64,000 nt of DNA. Origin: a virus. Taxonomy: Duplodnaviria > Caudoviricetes. The DNA lies in IMG/VR virus record IMGVR_UViG_3300049988_000286, positions 384,001-448,000 of that record, one strand, 5' to 3'. Every line of letters begins with the position of its first letter. Within the stretch, counting starts at the first letter, position 1. The notes below the pieces were generated by a model that saw only the letters and a list, made by a program, of their open reading frames with translations, was not told the origin of the DNA and searched no databases. The position numbers and the translations under genes are program-made. Positions 34,617 through 43,477 of this stretch are shown in pieces.

Positions 34617-34865
34617 TTAATCCCCCTTCTTCTTCGTGGCCTTGACGCCGCGCTTAAATTTTTCAGCATCACCGGTACGAATACCATTGATCAGACGCTT
34701 GCATAGATCGGTAGCCACCTCTTCGGGGTAACTCTCACGAAGCAGCTTCATGAGATTTACCACCGAGGCGATACATTGCTCCCCGCGATGCTCAATGAAC
34801 GCGCTCTTGTCCCGGATCGGTGAATGTGAAAGTTCGTCTAAAAGACTGGTGAATTTACGATCCAT
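34617..34865 (-). CDS. conserved jumbo-phage small protein
   Basis: SLLDELS...IE.RG...IAS.VNL...L.KRLIN.IRTGD..KF.RG. Confidence 0.65.
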   Translation of the reverse strand: MDRKFTSLLDELSHSPIRDKSAFIEHRGEQCIASVVNLMKLLRESYPEEVATDLCKRLINGIRTGDAEKFKRGVKATKKKGD

Positions 34866-35124
34866 GGTTCTCGCTCATTTGACGCTTGATGTTCTCCAGC
34901 ATGGTAGCTGCCATTTCTAGACCTTGTTCGAACCCCAAGGAGTAATCACCCCCGGTGGGATCAAGATGGGATCGTAGCTTGAAAATGGCGTTGGTGAGCG
35001 CGGCCCCGACATCAAAGTCCTCTACCACCTCTTCGATAATGACAGGGGCGGGCTCCGCCTCTGCATCCTCCATGAGGTCGAGATAATGTCTGATAATCGA
35101 GTTGTAATCCACGCACACCACCAT
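34855..35124 (-). CDS. late hypothetical protein
   Basis: TAAATA at 35135-35140. Confidence 0.55.
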   Translation of the reverse strand: MVVCVDYNSIIRHYLDLMEDAEAEPAPVIIEEVVEDFDVGAALTNAIFKLRSHLDPTGGDYSLGFEQGLEMAATMLENIKRQMSENHGS

Positions 35125-35150
35125 GAAATTCTTCTATTTAGTCGTTTTGA

Positions 35151-36557
35151 TTAGGTGGGCTTCTTGAACTTGGCCAGCATGTCGTTGATGTCATTGCGAT
35201 GGTTGGCACCAGCCGTGGGCGGGGGAGCCGCCGTCTGCGCAGCGGAGTGTCCCGCCGCCGCTGATGCGCTATTATCAACGGGATCGCTGCTATCGTATTC
35301 CTCTTCTACGATGTCGGACAATCGCATACAGTTGAAGTCGTAGCCGAGATCAAGTTTCTGCCCCACGGCGGCAGCCGATCGGGTCTTCAAGAACTGGATT
35401 TGATAGCGCCCCTTTTCCCGCATCGTCAGCGAAGTAAAGATACCGAAGACGTTATCCGCCGTGTTGATCTTGGAAATACCACCCGCGATATGGCTGTGAT
35501 CAAACTCGGTTGCCTCTACTGACTGGCGATTAAGCTGCGACGCGGAGACCACCGGGATATCCCACTCACCCCCGATCGCGCGCATCTCTTCCGAGACATA
35601 CTTGTCCTTAGTGAACAAATTGGAGACATCGATCTTGGCATTGTTGGGGAACATCAGGTCGAGGTAGTCAATCACCACCGCGTCGGGGCGACGGCCCGTC
35701 TTGATCTGATACTCTTTTAGGTAAGCCTTGATCGCGTTCGCGTTCGTCCCTGCCTCCGGCATCTTCTTGACCATCAGGTCACCGGCTCGCTGGCCATTGA
35801 CGCCGCGCTGAACCTTCGCAACCTTGAGACAAACATCGCTCGCGTTGCGGAGCAACTCGCTCGTCTTGAACTGTGTCACCATCGCGTCAAGGCGATTATT
35901 TACCAAGTCTTCGGAAAGTTCGAGCGAGATATAGACGACGTTCATGCCCATCAGTGCCCAGTTGAGCGCGATGTTCTGCAAGAAGATCGACTTACCCGAG
36001 CCCGAGCCGCCCGCGAAAACATTAAGGGAGCCGCGTGTGAAACCACCACCAAGTCGGCGATCCATCGTGGTCCAGCCGGTCGAGACATAGTTGGAGCGAT
36101 CCTTCATCCGCTCCAATCGACCCTTCACATCATCGAAGTAGTTGGAGCCCAGATCGCTGATCAGGGAGATGGTCATCGCTTCCTTGATCATCCGCTCAAG
36201 GTCGCCGCCCTGTCCCTTCGCGAGGATATCAGGACCGGATAGAACGACGTTCTCGATTGCGCGGTGGCGACAGAAACCCTCCGTGGAATGGAGGAACCAG
36301 TCCACATGCTCGGCAGAGATGTCGGGGATCACCGCAACCTCAAAGCCGGTCATCGCCTTCACCTGCTGGGGCGAGGGGATGGCCTTGAACTGGTCGGTAT
36401 GTTCCTTGATCATTCGCACGACGGGGCGGAGATTGTCTGCGAAGTAGGCATCATCAATGATGTTCTGAACGCGGGTATAACTGGTCTGATCGCTCACCAT
36501 GAAGTTGATCAGCGTCGATTGAAAGTCACTTGTATTATATAGAGTAGTATCTTGCAA
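35151..36557 (-). CDS. replicative DnaB-like helicase (T4 gp41-like)
   Basis: Walker A GGSGSGKS, VIDYLDLM, SASQLNR, KTR. Confidence 0.92.
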   Translation of the reverse strand: MQDTTLYNTSDFQSTLINFMVSDQTSYTRVQNIIDDAYFADNLRPVVRMIKEHTDQFKAIPSPQQVKAMTGFEVAVIPDISAEHVDWFLHSTEGFCRHRAIENVVLSGPDILAKGQGGDLERMIKEAMTISLISDLGSNYFDDVKGRLERMKDRSNYVSTGWTTMDRRLGGGFTRGSLNVFAGGSGSGKSIFLQNIALNWALMGMNVVYISLELSEDLVNNRLDAMVTQFKTSELLRNASDVCLKVAKVQRGVNGQRAGDLMVKKMPEAGTNANAIKAYLKEYQIKTGRRPDAVVIDYLDLMFPNNAKIDVSNLFTKDKYVSEEMRAIGGEWDIPVVSASQLNRQSVEATEFDHSHIAGGISKINTADNVFGIFTSLTMREKGRYQIQFLKTRSAAAVGQKLDLGYDFNCMRLSDIVEEEYDSSDPVDNSASAAAGHSAAQTAAPPPTAGANHRNDINDMLAKFKKPT

Positions 36558-36569
36558 AATAATAACCTC

Positions 36570-37637
36570 TCATATTAGCCATTTACGACGAACCTCGATC
36601 TCCAATCTACTCGCCGACGCAGTTTCGATAATAGAGCGCAGCGTATATAGACGCCCATATCTCTTTACCGCTTCCGCGCAGTCCTTGCAGTCTTCCTCCC
36701 ACCAGTTGTTCCCACCTCGCGACAAGCGCGGGAAGGCGACGTGCCATCCATGCTCAAGAGCAGAATCAATCAGGCGTTGGCCAGATTTATCCCGGTCGGG
36801 GATGACGATTACCGTCTTTCCCGAATCCTTGATCCATCTCGCCTGACGGGGAGATAGTTTAGCACCGAGAGGTGAAATACCATCGACCGCATCAGCGTCG
36901 AGGACACCTTCTGGCATGAGGAGGAAGCGACGATCACGGAGGTCCATTACTCGGTTGTTGTACAGGAAGTCGGTCGGAACCTGCGACATGTACTTGGGTT
37001 CAGCCTCGGTTGCTTCGTGGATGAAGCGCCCAGTCCACCCCACGACACTATCGCGGAAGTGGAACGGGATGATCATTCGCTGACGCCATTCCGGTTCGGG
37101 GGTCCACATCGCCTTGTCAGCGATGCCTTGACCACGATCGAGCGCGTATCCCACCACAGCGATGAAGTCGGGATCGTCACACCCGGCGTCCGCCCAATCC
37201 ATCAGGGGAAGGGTATCCGGCGGGAGCGACACCGGCGGGAAAGCCGGGGCAAAGGCGGCTTCCCCGCGATACTGGGGCTCCGTATTGCTGTCCTCGACTA
37301 CTCGCGACAACATGAAGGCTTTGTGATTTAGCCGACTGACCTCAAGGTCAGGCATACCCAATGCTCGCATGAAGTTCTTGAAGTTGTTCGAGAGAAGCTG
37401 GCCGGGCACATAGCGGCTCGCGAAGCCGCAGTTGAAGCATGAGATGCCCAACCCTTCGCTCGACCGCTTCGCGCCGCCACGATTCTTTTTGTCCATTGTC
37501 TCGCCACGAGTGACGCACATCGGACAGTTGAACTTGAGAAAGTCGGTGTTGGAGCGACGAGAACCCGTAGGCAGATAGGAGACAACTGCGTCCCAGACGA
37601 AATCGTCGTTGAGTAGTTTTGAGACGAAGGGGTTCAT
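36570..37637 (-). CDS. DNA primase (T4 gp61-like)
   Basis: Zn finger CPMC...CFNC; TOPRIM EGVLDA and PDRD. Confidence 0.9.
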   Translation of the reverse strand: MNPFVSKLLNDDFVWDAVVSYLPTGSRRSNTDFLKFNCPMCVTRGETMDKKNRGGAKRSSEGLGISCFNCGFASRYVPGQLLSNNFKNFMRALGMPDLEVSRLNHKAFMLSRVVEDSNTEPQYRGEAAFAPAFPPVSLPPDTLPLMDWADAGCDDPDFIAVVGYALDRGQGIADKAMWTPEPEWRQRMIIPFHFRDSVVGWTGRFIHEATEAEPKYMSQVPTDFLYNNRVMDLRDRRFLLMPEGVLDADAVDGISPLGAKLSPRQARWIKDSGKTVIVIPDRDKSGQRLIDSALEHGWHVAFPRLSRGGNNWWEEDCKDCAEAVKRYGRLYTLRSIIETASASRLEIEVRRKWLI

Positions 37638-37669
37638 CTCATGACTATAGCGAGTCTAGTCGATTCGCT

Positions 37670-38434
37670 TCAATTTCTATAAACGAGTTTTTCCACCCCA
37701 TCGACATCAGTGAAGCGAAAGCGCACGTAGGTGTAATTACCATCAAAGTTCAACACGACGGGTCCGGTGCGCGTAGAGAGAGTTTCGCGCGCGACCTCGG
37801 CCCAATCCTGCGAGGTGGGCGTTGAGAGATCAAGGCTGGCCTCGACGATGATATCGCCGGTGTAGGCGAGCAGATGTGCCACCAATGTGTGATTACCAGA
37901 GGGATTGTCGGCACGTGCCGCGCCCGCGAGCGCACCGGTTTGTAGCTGCCCCGCCAAGGGGGTGAGGTCGTCCGCCATGATGATGATAGGCTCATCAGCG
38001 GGAGTGATGATCCCTTCCGAGACCTCGGCGATCCCCTTGGTCTCATAGTCGGTGTTGGTGTAAAGGAGGGCGGGCGTGTCGTTGGTGCTTGAGGAAACCG
38101 ACCACACGTAAATACCTAGTGTCAGTCCGATGGTGGAGGCGGCTGATAGGGTAAGGCGATAATGGCCGCGTGCGGCGTTGACGACAGCGAGGGGCTGCTC
38201 CACCAACGAATTACCCTTGCTGTCCCACAGGTGGAAGGTCAACACGCCATCGAGAACGACTGGCTGGCGGTCAATATCACGAAGGAGGAAGTCCAGATTA
38301 TTGGCAGCGCGACGGAAGATTTTGAAAGTCGAGCGATTGTAGGCAGAATGCGTGATCATCTTGGCTCCCGAATGCACGCCAGCGACGGTCAATTGTGCGA
38401 CTTGAGGGACCGAGTAGATACTAATGGCTGACAT
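37670..38434 (-). CDS. late structural protein (BppU-like Ig domain possible)
   Basis: TAAATA+5 nt+ATG; beta-rich. Confidence 0.55.
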   Translation of the reverse strand: MSAISIYSVPQVAQLTVAGVHSGAKMITHSAYNRSTFKIFRRAANNLDFLLRDIDRQPVVLDGVLTFHLWDSKGNSLVEQPLAVVNAARGHYRLTLSAASTIGLTLGIYVWSVSSSTNDTPALLYTNTDYETKGIAEVSEGIITPADEPIIIMADDLTPLAGQLQTGALAGAARADNPSGNHTLVAHLLAYTGDIIVEASLDLSTPTSQDWAEVARETLSTRTGPVVLNFDGNYTYVRFRFTDVDGVEKLVYRN

Positions 38435-38471
38435 ACGACTATTTAGCCGAAATCACCTTACTAAATAGCCT

Positions 38472-38867
38472 GTGACCACTTCACCACATCTTGACGCTCG
38501 TATGCTCGCCGTCCTTGAGAAATTCCCTTTCTTGAGCCTCGGCGTCATGCAGGACACCCCCTATCTGGGCATTGTGCAGAATTGCGACAACCAGTTCACG
38601 TCCATCTACATCCTCGATCTCATCCCGGATGAGAATGCGCGCCGCGTCTTCCTCGAACTCGGTGATCGTTGGTGGTGGGAGTCGAACCGCAAAATTCCGA
38701 TCAACGTCTTCATCAAGGATCAGCGCTTCAAGCAATTCCGCTCGGCACTGCGCATGTTCTCGACCAAGGATTGTGAGATCGTCGCTGGTCCGCGTGTTTC
38801 ACTCGCGGAGACGATGAACCGTCGTATCCGCAAGCGTCAGGTCACGCTTGTTCGCAAGATGGACTGA
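38472..38867 (+). CDS. conserved jumbo-phage protein
   Basis: TAAATA+4 nt+GTG; KFPFLS...GIVQN...WWWESNRKIPINVF. Confidence 0.7.
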   Translation: MTTSPHLDARMLAVLEKFPFLSLGVMQDTPYLGIVQNCDNQFTSIYILDLIPDENARRVFLELGDRWWWESNRKIPINVFIKDQRFKQFRSALRMFSTKDCEIVAGPRVSLAETMNRRIRKRQVTLVRKMD

Positions 38868-39216
38868 CTATTAGAGCGCTGGCTGGGAACATGAGCGCAA
38901 CGAGGGTGAAGTCTTCTTTACTGACATGGAAGGCGACACTCCGCACTTTGTGCTCCCTTCGGAAGGTGCAATAGAACCCGAAGATACCGCGTAGATCGGC
39001 GCGCTCCCATCCCGAAGAGACTTCTATCTCATTCTCGATCATCCACTTGAGAACATCGAGGAACTCCCCAACTTCGCAATCGAAGGAGAACTCAACCCTC
39101 GATGGTAAAAGCGTCATGTCCGGTCCAGCGCAGTCGGAAAAGTGTAGCATCACCGGGTTCCTTGAAGAAGTATTCGATTCTGACGCCACCCTGTGCGGTG
39201 TAGTCATAGAGGTCAT
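38842..39216 (-). CDS. family-A-like protein (start probably near 39117-39150)
   Basis: KWMIENE...FHVSKEDFTLVALMF. Confidence 0.5.
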   Translation of the reverse strand: MTSMTTPHRVASESNTSSRNPVMLHFSDCAGPDMTLLPSRVEFSFDCEVGEFLDVLKWMIENEIEVSSGWERADLRGIFGFYCTFRREHKVRSVAFHVSKEDFTLVALMFPASALIVSPSCEQA

Positions 39217-39655
39217 GCTGTCCCTCGATATTATCCCTCACCCACTCCTTCAACGTGGAACTAATAAGCGCATCCCCGCTGCCCCGAATAAGAGTTTCTT
39301 TGACCGCCGTGAACGCTTGCCCAAACCGCATACAGTCGTCTGGGTTAAAGCTAGCGTAGTGTAGCGAACCACTGTCGTAGCTAGCAAAGATATCGTCTTG
39401 ACACATAGCCTCTACCCATGCCTCTAACCCCCTCCGGGACCAGAACGCTCTTTGGACCTGACTTTTCACTACCGACGATCGGGTCAAACTTTCTCCCCAC
39501 GGTGTTCCCGCTGCTGCGATGTGGGCAAAGCAATCGATGAATTGCACACTGTGATAGGGCATCCGGTGATCGATCATGCCGTGTATGCGCGTATCTTGCT
39601 CATGCTGGTGGTGCGTGGTTGAACGCGACTCTGGTAGGTAGATGATCTTGGCCAT
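39092..39655 (-). CDS. two-domain protein with family A C-terminus
   Basis: KEWVRDNIEGQH...YFFKEPGDATLFRLRW. Confidence 0.65.
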   Translation of the reverse strand: MAKIIYLPESRSTTHHQHEQDTRIHGMIDHRMPYHSVQFIDCFAHIAAAGTPWGESLTRSSVVKSQVQRAFWSRRGLEAWVEAMCQDDIFASYDSGSLHYASFNPDDCMRFGQAFTAVKETLIRGSGDALISSTLKEWVRDNIEGQHDLYDYTAQGGVRIEYFFKEPGDATLFRLRWTGHDAFTIEG

Positions 39656-39656
39656 A

Positions 39657-40055
39657 TCAGGTCCGCGTAATGCTCATCAGAAAAAGAGCCGCATCAGTCG
39701 CATCCTCGAACGAGAAACGCAAGTGAAACCGGCTACCAGCGATGGTGGAGATCGACGTGAAGAAGATCGACCAACGCTGCACCGTATGCTCGGCGATCCA
39801 CGCCAGACATGCCGCCATAGTGCTCCTTATGTCACGCGGGAGCACAGAACCGATATCAGCGGTGTTGGGCCAGTCCGCCTTGGTGAACCGTTCGAACCTG
39901 CCTCCGGAGAGCGTTTGTTCGCCTATCCACAACGGGATCACCAGCGTGGCGACCTCTCGTAACGATTCCCGGATCGTCACCATGACATTGGTCGCAGACG
40001 GCTGATGCCACTCGTTAGATTGAGATGCCATCATCGTCCGCGAGGAGTGCCTCAA
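39657..40055 (-). CDS. paralogue family A protein
   Basis: LAWIAEHTVQRW...FSFEDATDAALFLMS. Confidence 0.6.
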   Translation of the reverse strand: MRHSSRTMMASQSNEWHQPSATNVMVTIRESLREVATLVIPLWIGEQTLSGGRFERFTKADWPNTADIGSVLPRDIRSTMAACLAWIAEHTVQRWSIFFTSISTIAGSRFHLRFSFEDATDAALFLMSITRT

Positions 40056-40611
40056 CGATCAGGTTCATCTGCACGACGATCAGGGCCGCGTAGGAAAGAG
40101 CGTGCGCCTTCTTGAACTGATAGCCCTCTTCGATACCCGACGTGTTCCAGATCAATCGGTCGATCTCTGCGCGAGGACGGCCAAGAAGCTGTCGCTTTCC
40201 CGGTCGAATCAACGCCAGCACAACGGCGAGATCGATGATTGATTTTGGCCGGATAGCTTGAACGACATCGAAGTGCTTGTGGATGTGCGGAAGTTGTTCA
40301 ACCATCCCCGCCTCATCGAGCAATTCCCAAGGAGGCGTTCGTGCCAAAAGTTCATCGAGGTGCTCTTCATCCCTCACCGCCTGATAGACAGACTGATTGA
40401 GAAAATCTACCTTGAAGTAACCCCTATCCTCGGCTTCCTCATAATCGAACGCGCACAACTGATTGAGGGGATTGACCGGCACATCTTGGAAGTAGACGCC
40501 ACTTGGATGGCGCGAGGTTGCCCCGTGTTTGTTCGTCAAGGCTGCCGCGACGCAGTGTAGGTTCTGCAACGCAGCATCGCGGTTCGCGAAATCGATATCA
40601 ACGTCAAACAT
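40015..40611 (-). CDS. minimal DNA polymerase III alpha (DnaE)-like protein
   Basis: DVDID, HPSGV, GYFKVDFL, ALIRPG, FKKAHALSYA. Confidence 0.8.
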   Translation of the reverse strand: MFDVDIDFANRDAALQNLHCVAAALTNKHGATSRHPSGVYFQDVPVNPLNQLCAFDYEEAEDRGYFKVDFLNQSVYQAVRDEEHLDELLARTPPWELLDEAGMVEQLPHIHKHFDVVQAIRPKSIIDLAVVLALIRPGKRQLLGRPRAEIDRLIWNTSGIEEGYQFKKAHALSYAALIVVQMNLIVEALLADDDGISI

Positions 40612-41081
40612 CAGACGATCTTGAACGATGGTGTAGCAACGGGCTCAACTACCGCTGGTAGCGGTCGATCATATTCGACATCATAGCTGCCCGAATAATC
40701 GAATGTCACATTGTTGTCATCGAAGCGGTTGATGCGAAAATGCTCAATCTCGGATTGTGTCCGCTGTTCGAGCACCAGCATAAAAGTCAGGAGGATGAAA
40801 TTCGTAGCCGAGACTTCTGCCTCGTCGGGGTTAACTCGATCCTCTACCGATAGGCGCGACAAGGCATTGAGGCCACGCGTGATCAGCACCCGGTAATGGT
40901 TGGGCGACAGTTCCGACCAGCGCGTGTAGCCGCGAAACTCGGCCAAGGTCTGGAGATTATCCAGCCGGGGATCGGGCTTGTCCCAGATGGCCATTACCTT
41001 GGCGATGTCGGAACGATCATAGGAGATCGTTGACTTCACGTTAGCGGCATAATCGTTTAGGATGACGGTGATCTTATTCAT
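40611..41081 (-). CDS. hypothetical protein
   Basis: TGATG coupling in replication operon. Confidence 0.65.
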   Translation of the reverse strand: MNKITVILNDYAANVKSTISYDRSDIAKVMAIWDKPDPRLDNLQTLAEFRGYTRWSELSPNHYRVLITRGLNALSRLSVEDRVNPDEAEVSATNFILLTFMLVLEQRTQSEIEHFRINRFDDNNVTFDYSGSYDVEYDRPLPAVVEPVATPSFKIV

Positions 41082-41341
41082 CGTAGTCGCGCCTCAATCT
41101 TCTTGAGCGCGGCGGCGGTCCGCCGGGACTGTGCCTCCATGCGCTCGATCATGGCATCCCTTGTAGTCGCTTCTGCACGCAAGGCCAATATTTCTCGTTC
41201 AAGTTTAGCCACGTAGGACATCAGTGGTAAGTCCTGAACCACTCCAGTCGAATCTGTGATCTTCACATATCGACGATCTATCGAGACTGTCTTGGTGGTA
41301 TTTGCGCCGCGATACATACCACGACCGACTACATCATTCAT
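41078..41341 (-). CDS. coiled-coil protein
   Basis: Heptad-rich C-terminus. Confidence 0.6.
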   Translation of the reverse strand: MNDVVGRGMYRGANTTKTVSIDRRYVKITDSTGVVQDLPLMSYVAKLEREILALRAEATTRDAMIERMEAQSRRTAAALKKIEARLR

Positions 41342-42045
41342 AATCCTTCACTTTCCAATGTTGATTGTATATCAGCGACCGCCTCCGTGTGACGAGAGAA
41401 CTTACCGTTCCAGAACCGCACGTTGATCGCTGGTTTGATCAAGGTCATCTGCTCATCCGTCAAGCGACCCAAGAGGGCTTGTCCGGTTGAGCAGTTAAGC
41501 ATCACCCACGGTGAGATACGACCAGAAATCAGCCACCTGACTGCCAAGCCCGGAGAAACCTCTCGGAAGAAGTCCTGCCACCGTGCCTTCTGACTAACCG
41601 CCCATTCTTCCATGAGGATGATCGAGCGTTCGAAAGCGCGGTCTGGGCTTTCCTTGGCGGTCAGGTTGGCGACGTATTTCTCATACTCGGCATCGCGGCA
41701 CCACCGGTCGATTGGAATGCCACTTCGCACCATATAATCGATATAGGATCGAGGATCGATCGCATCGATGTCGAGGATATACTTACCGAAGTCGAGGAAG
41801 GCATCGTAGAGCGTGCTTTGCATGAACTTGTCATGGGTTGGCGGGATACGGCCCCGATAGTGCACCTCGTGGAAGTGGACAAAGGCATGAAGGGCTAGAC
41901 GCGCCGCCTTGGTATCTTTTTCGAAGAAACGACGCTTCTGCCGACAGACATGCGCGGCGAAGGCTTTCTCACGCTTGAAGACCTTTGCACAGAATGTGCA
42001 AGTGAATTCAGTCGGCGAAGAGTTTGGTGACACGTTTGACTTCAT
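41338..42045 (-). CDS. C2H2 Zn-finger replication-associated protein
   Basis: CTFCAKVFKREKAFAAHVC; ...GRISPWV. Confidence 0.65.
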   Translation of the reverse strand: MKSNVSPNSSPTEFTCTFCAKVFKREKAFAAHVCRQKRRFFEKDTKAARLALHAFVHFHEVHYRGRIPPTHDKFMQSTLYDAFLDFGKYILDIDAIDPRSYIDYMVRSGIPIDRWCRDAEYEKYVANLTAKESPDRAFERSIILMEEWAVSQKARWQDFFREVSPGLAVRWLISGRISPWVMLNCSTGQALLGRLTDEQMTLIKPAINVRFWNGKFSRHTEAVADIQSTLESEGL

Positions 42046-42484
42046 CTGCTCCTAGGCCCGTCCCTGCGAGGAATTCTTTCAGATTAGAGCCATGGCGGAG
42101 GCGCTGCAATATTGTCGCCATACCAAGCTCGTCAGCATCGGGCCAGTATTGCTCAAGGAACTCCGTAAGGGCACGGCTGCTCTTTGATTTTGTGCCCGCG
42201 ATCCAGTCATGGCGGGTTCGCATCCCTAGCCCCACACTGGCGAGAAGTCGATATTGGAGGTCGGTGTAATCATAGAGGTCGTAGAGGTGGCGGTTTGCCC
42301 GCTCGTTCGTGGCGATCAGGTTCCAATCATCGAGGTCACCGCTCGCGCTACTGACGAACCTGACGACCACGGTGGGGTGGAAACCCTTCTGTTCCTCTGG
42401 CGTCAACCCGTCGTAATAGTTGAGATCGTGCTGATCGATCGCTGAAAGGGTTCTACCAATATCGAGTGCGTGTCTTTTAGCCAC
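42008..42484 (-). CDS. clamp-loader small subunit (T4 gp62-like)
   Basis: YYDGLT.EEQKGF.PTVVVRFVSS...N.R.N pattern; position in replication cluster. Confidence 0.55.
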   Translation of the reverse strand: MAKRHALDIGRTLSAIDQHDLNYYDGLTPEEQKGFHPTVVVRFVSSASGDLDDWNLIATNERANRHLYDLYDYTDLQYRLLASVGLGMRTRHDWIAGTKSKSSRALTEFLEQYWPDADELGMATILQRLRHGSNLKEFLAGTGLGADEVKRVTKLFAD

Positions 42485-42589
42485 TATTCCGCCATATCGT
42501 ATCGGCACCACTAAATATTGGTGCAGTTTCTGTGGTCTGTTCGACCTGCTCAAGGCGAGGCTACCCCGAGGGGTAGCCTCGTTTTAAGC

Positions 42590-42934
42590 TTAGAGCGTGA
42601 TATTGCCCGGCGCAGCAGCGATGTCACCGGACTTGGTGCCCGCCGCGCGCTTCTTCTTGGGCTTTGGTGCCTCCTCGGTCAACATCTGCTTGCCGGTCGC
42701 AACCGGGGCCTCTTCGGTGACGGTCGCGTCGGCCTCCGGAGTGTCCGCCACGGGATCACCGGTCTCCATCAGGATTTGACGCTGACCCGGCTCGGGCACG
42801 GCAACAGCGGTGTCTAGGCGCTCGGTGATCTGCTCCAACAGGGTGAGGACACCCGACAGAGCGTGGTTGAGACGACCGCGCGTAAGATCAGAGCGGACGG
42901 TTTCCAAAAGGGTCTTCGTGGTTGTGTCAGTCAT
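42590..42934 (-). CDS. hypothetical protein
   Basis: AAGGA SD; low-complexity tail. Confidence 0.55.
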   Translation of the reverse strand: MTDTTTKTLLETVRSDLTRGRLNHALSGVLTLLEQITERLDTAVAVPEPGQRQILMETGDPVADTPEADATVTEEAPVATGKQMLTEEAPKPKKKRAAGTKSGDIAAAPGNITL

Positions 42935-42943
42935 GGTGTTCCT

Positions 42944-43450
42944 TTAATGAATGATCTTGGTGATGTCTAAACAATCAGGCAGCTTGTTTGTATCCTTGAC
43001 AAACAACGCGCACAATGGCTCCCGCCCCATTGTAATCGGGACCGCCAAGATATGCCCGTTATCAAGCTTCGGTACCGACCATGACACATCCGGGAAGATG
43101 TTTTCAATTTCAATGTCGGGGAAACTTGGCATGTATCCCGAGATCGGATTGAAGCAAAATACCTGAAAGTCGCGGTCGTTGATGTGCTTGATGTCGATCA
43201 GTTCCATGCTGCCCATATTCTTGTCAGCAATGACCACCGACCAATCCAGCGGGACTTGGACATGGTAATTACCAATGCGCAAGTCCGCAGCGGGCCGAGT
43301 AAATTGATCAATGAAAACAACGGGAGGAAAGACAAAATCAACATCTTGCTGGTTGCTATAATCGAGGACGCAGTAGCGGAGGTCGTTCTCGATCAATTCT
43401 GGGAGGATGGCCAAATCCATCGTCTGGTTTTCGGTAGTGAGGATTCTCAT
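42944..43450 (-). CDS. conserved protein downstream of UvsW
   Basis: MRILTTEN..LRYCVLD..DF.F.P.VF; beta-rich. Confidence 0.65.
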   Translation of the reverse strand: MRILTTENQTMDLAILPELIENDLRYCVLDYSNQQDVDFVFPPVVFIDQFTRPAADLRIGNYHVQVPLDWSVVIADKNMGSMELIDIKHINDRDFQVFCFNPISGYMPSFPDIEIENIFPDVSWSVPKLDNGHILAVPITMGREPLCALFVKDTNKLPDCLDITKIIH

Positions 43451-43477
43451 GCTCTACTTATCTTCAATCTCTATGTT

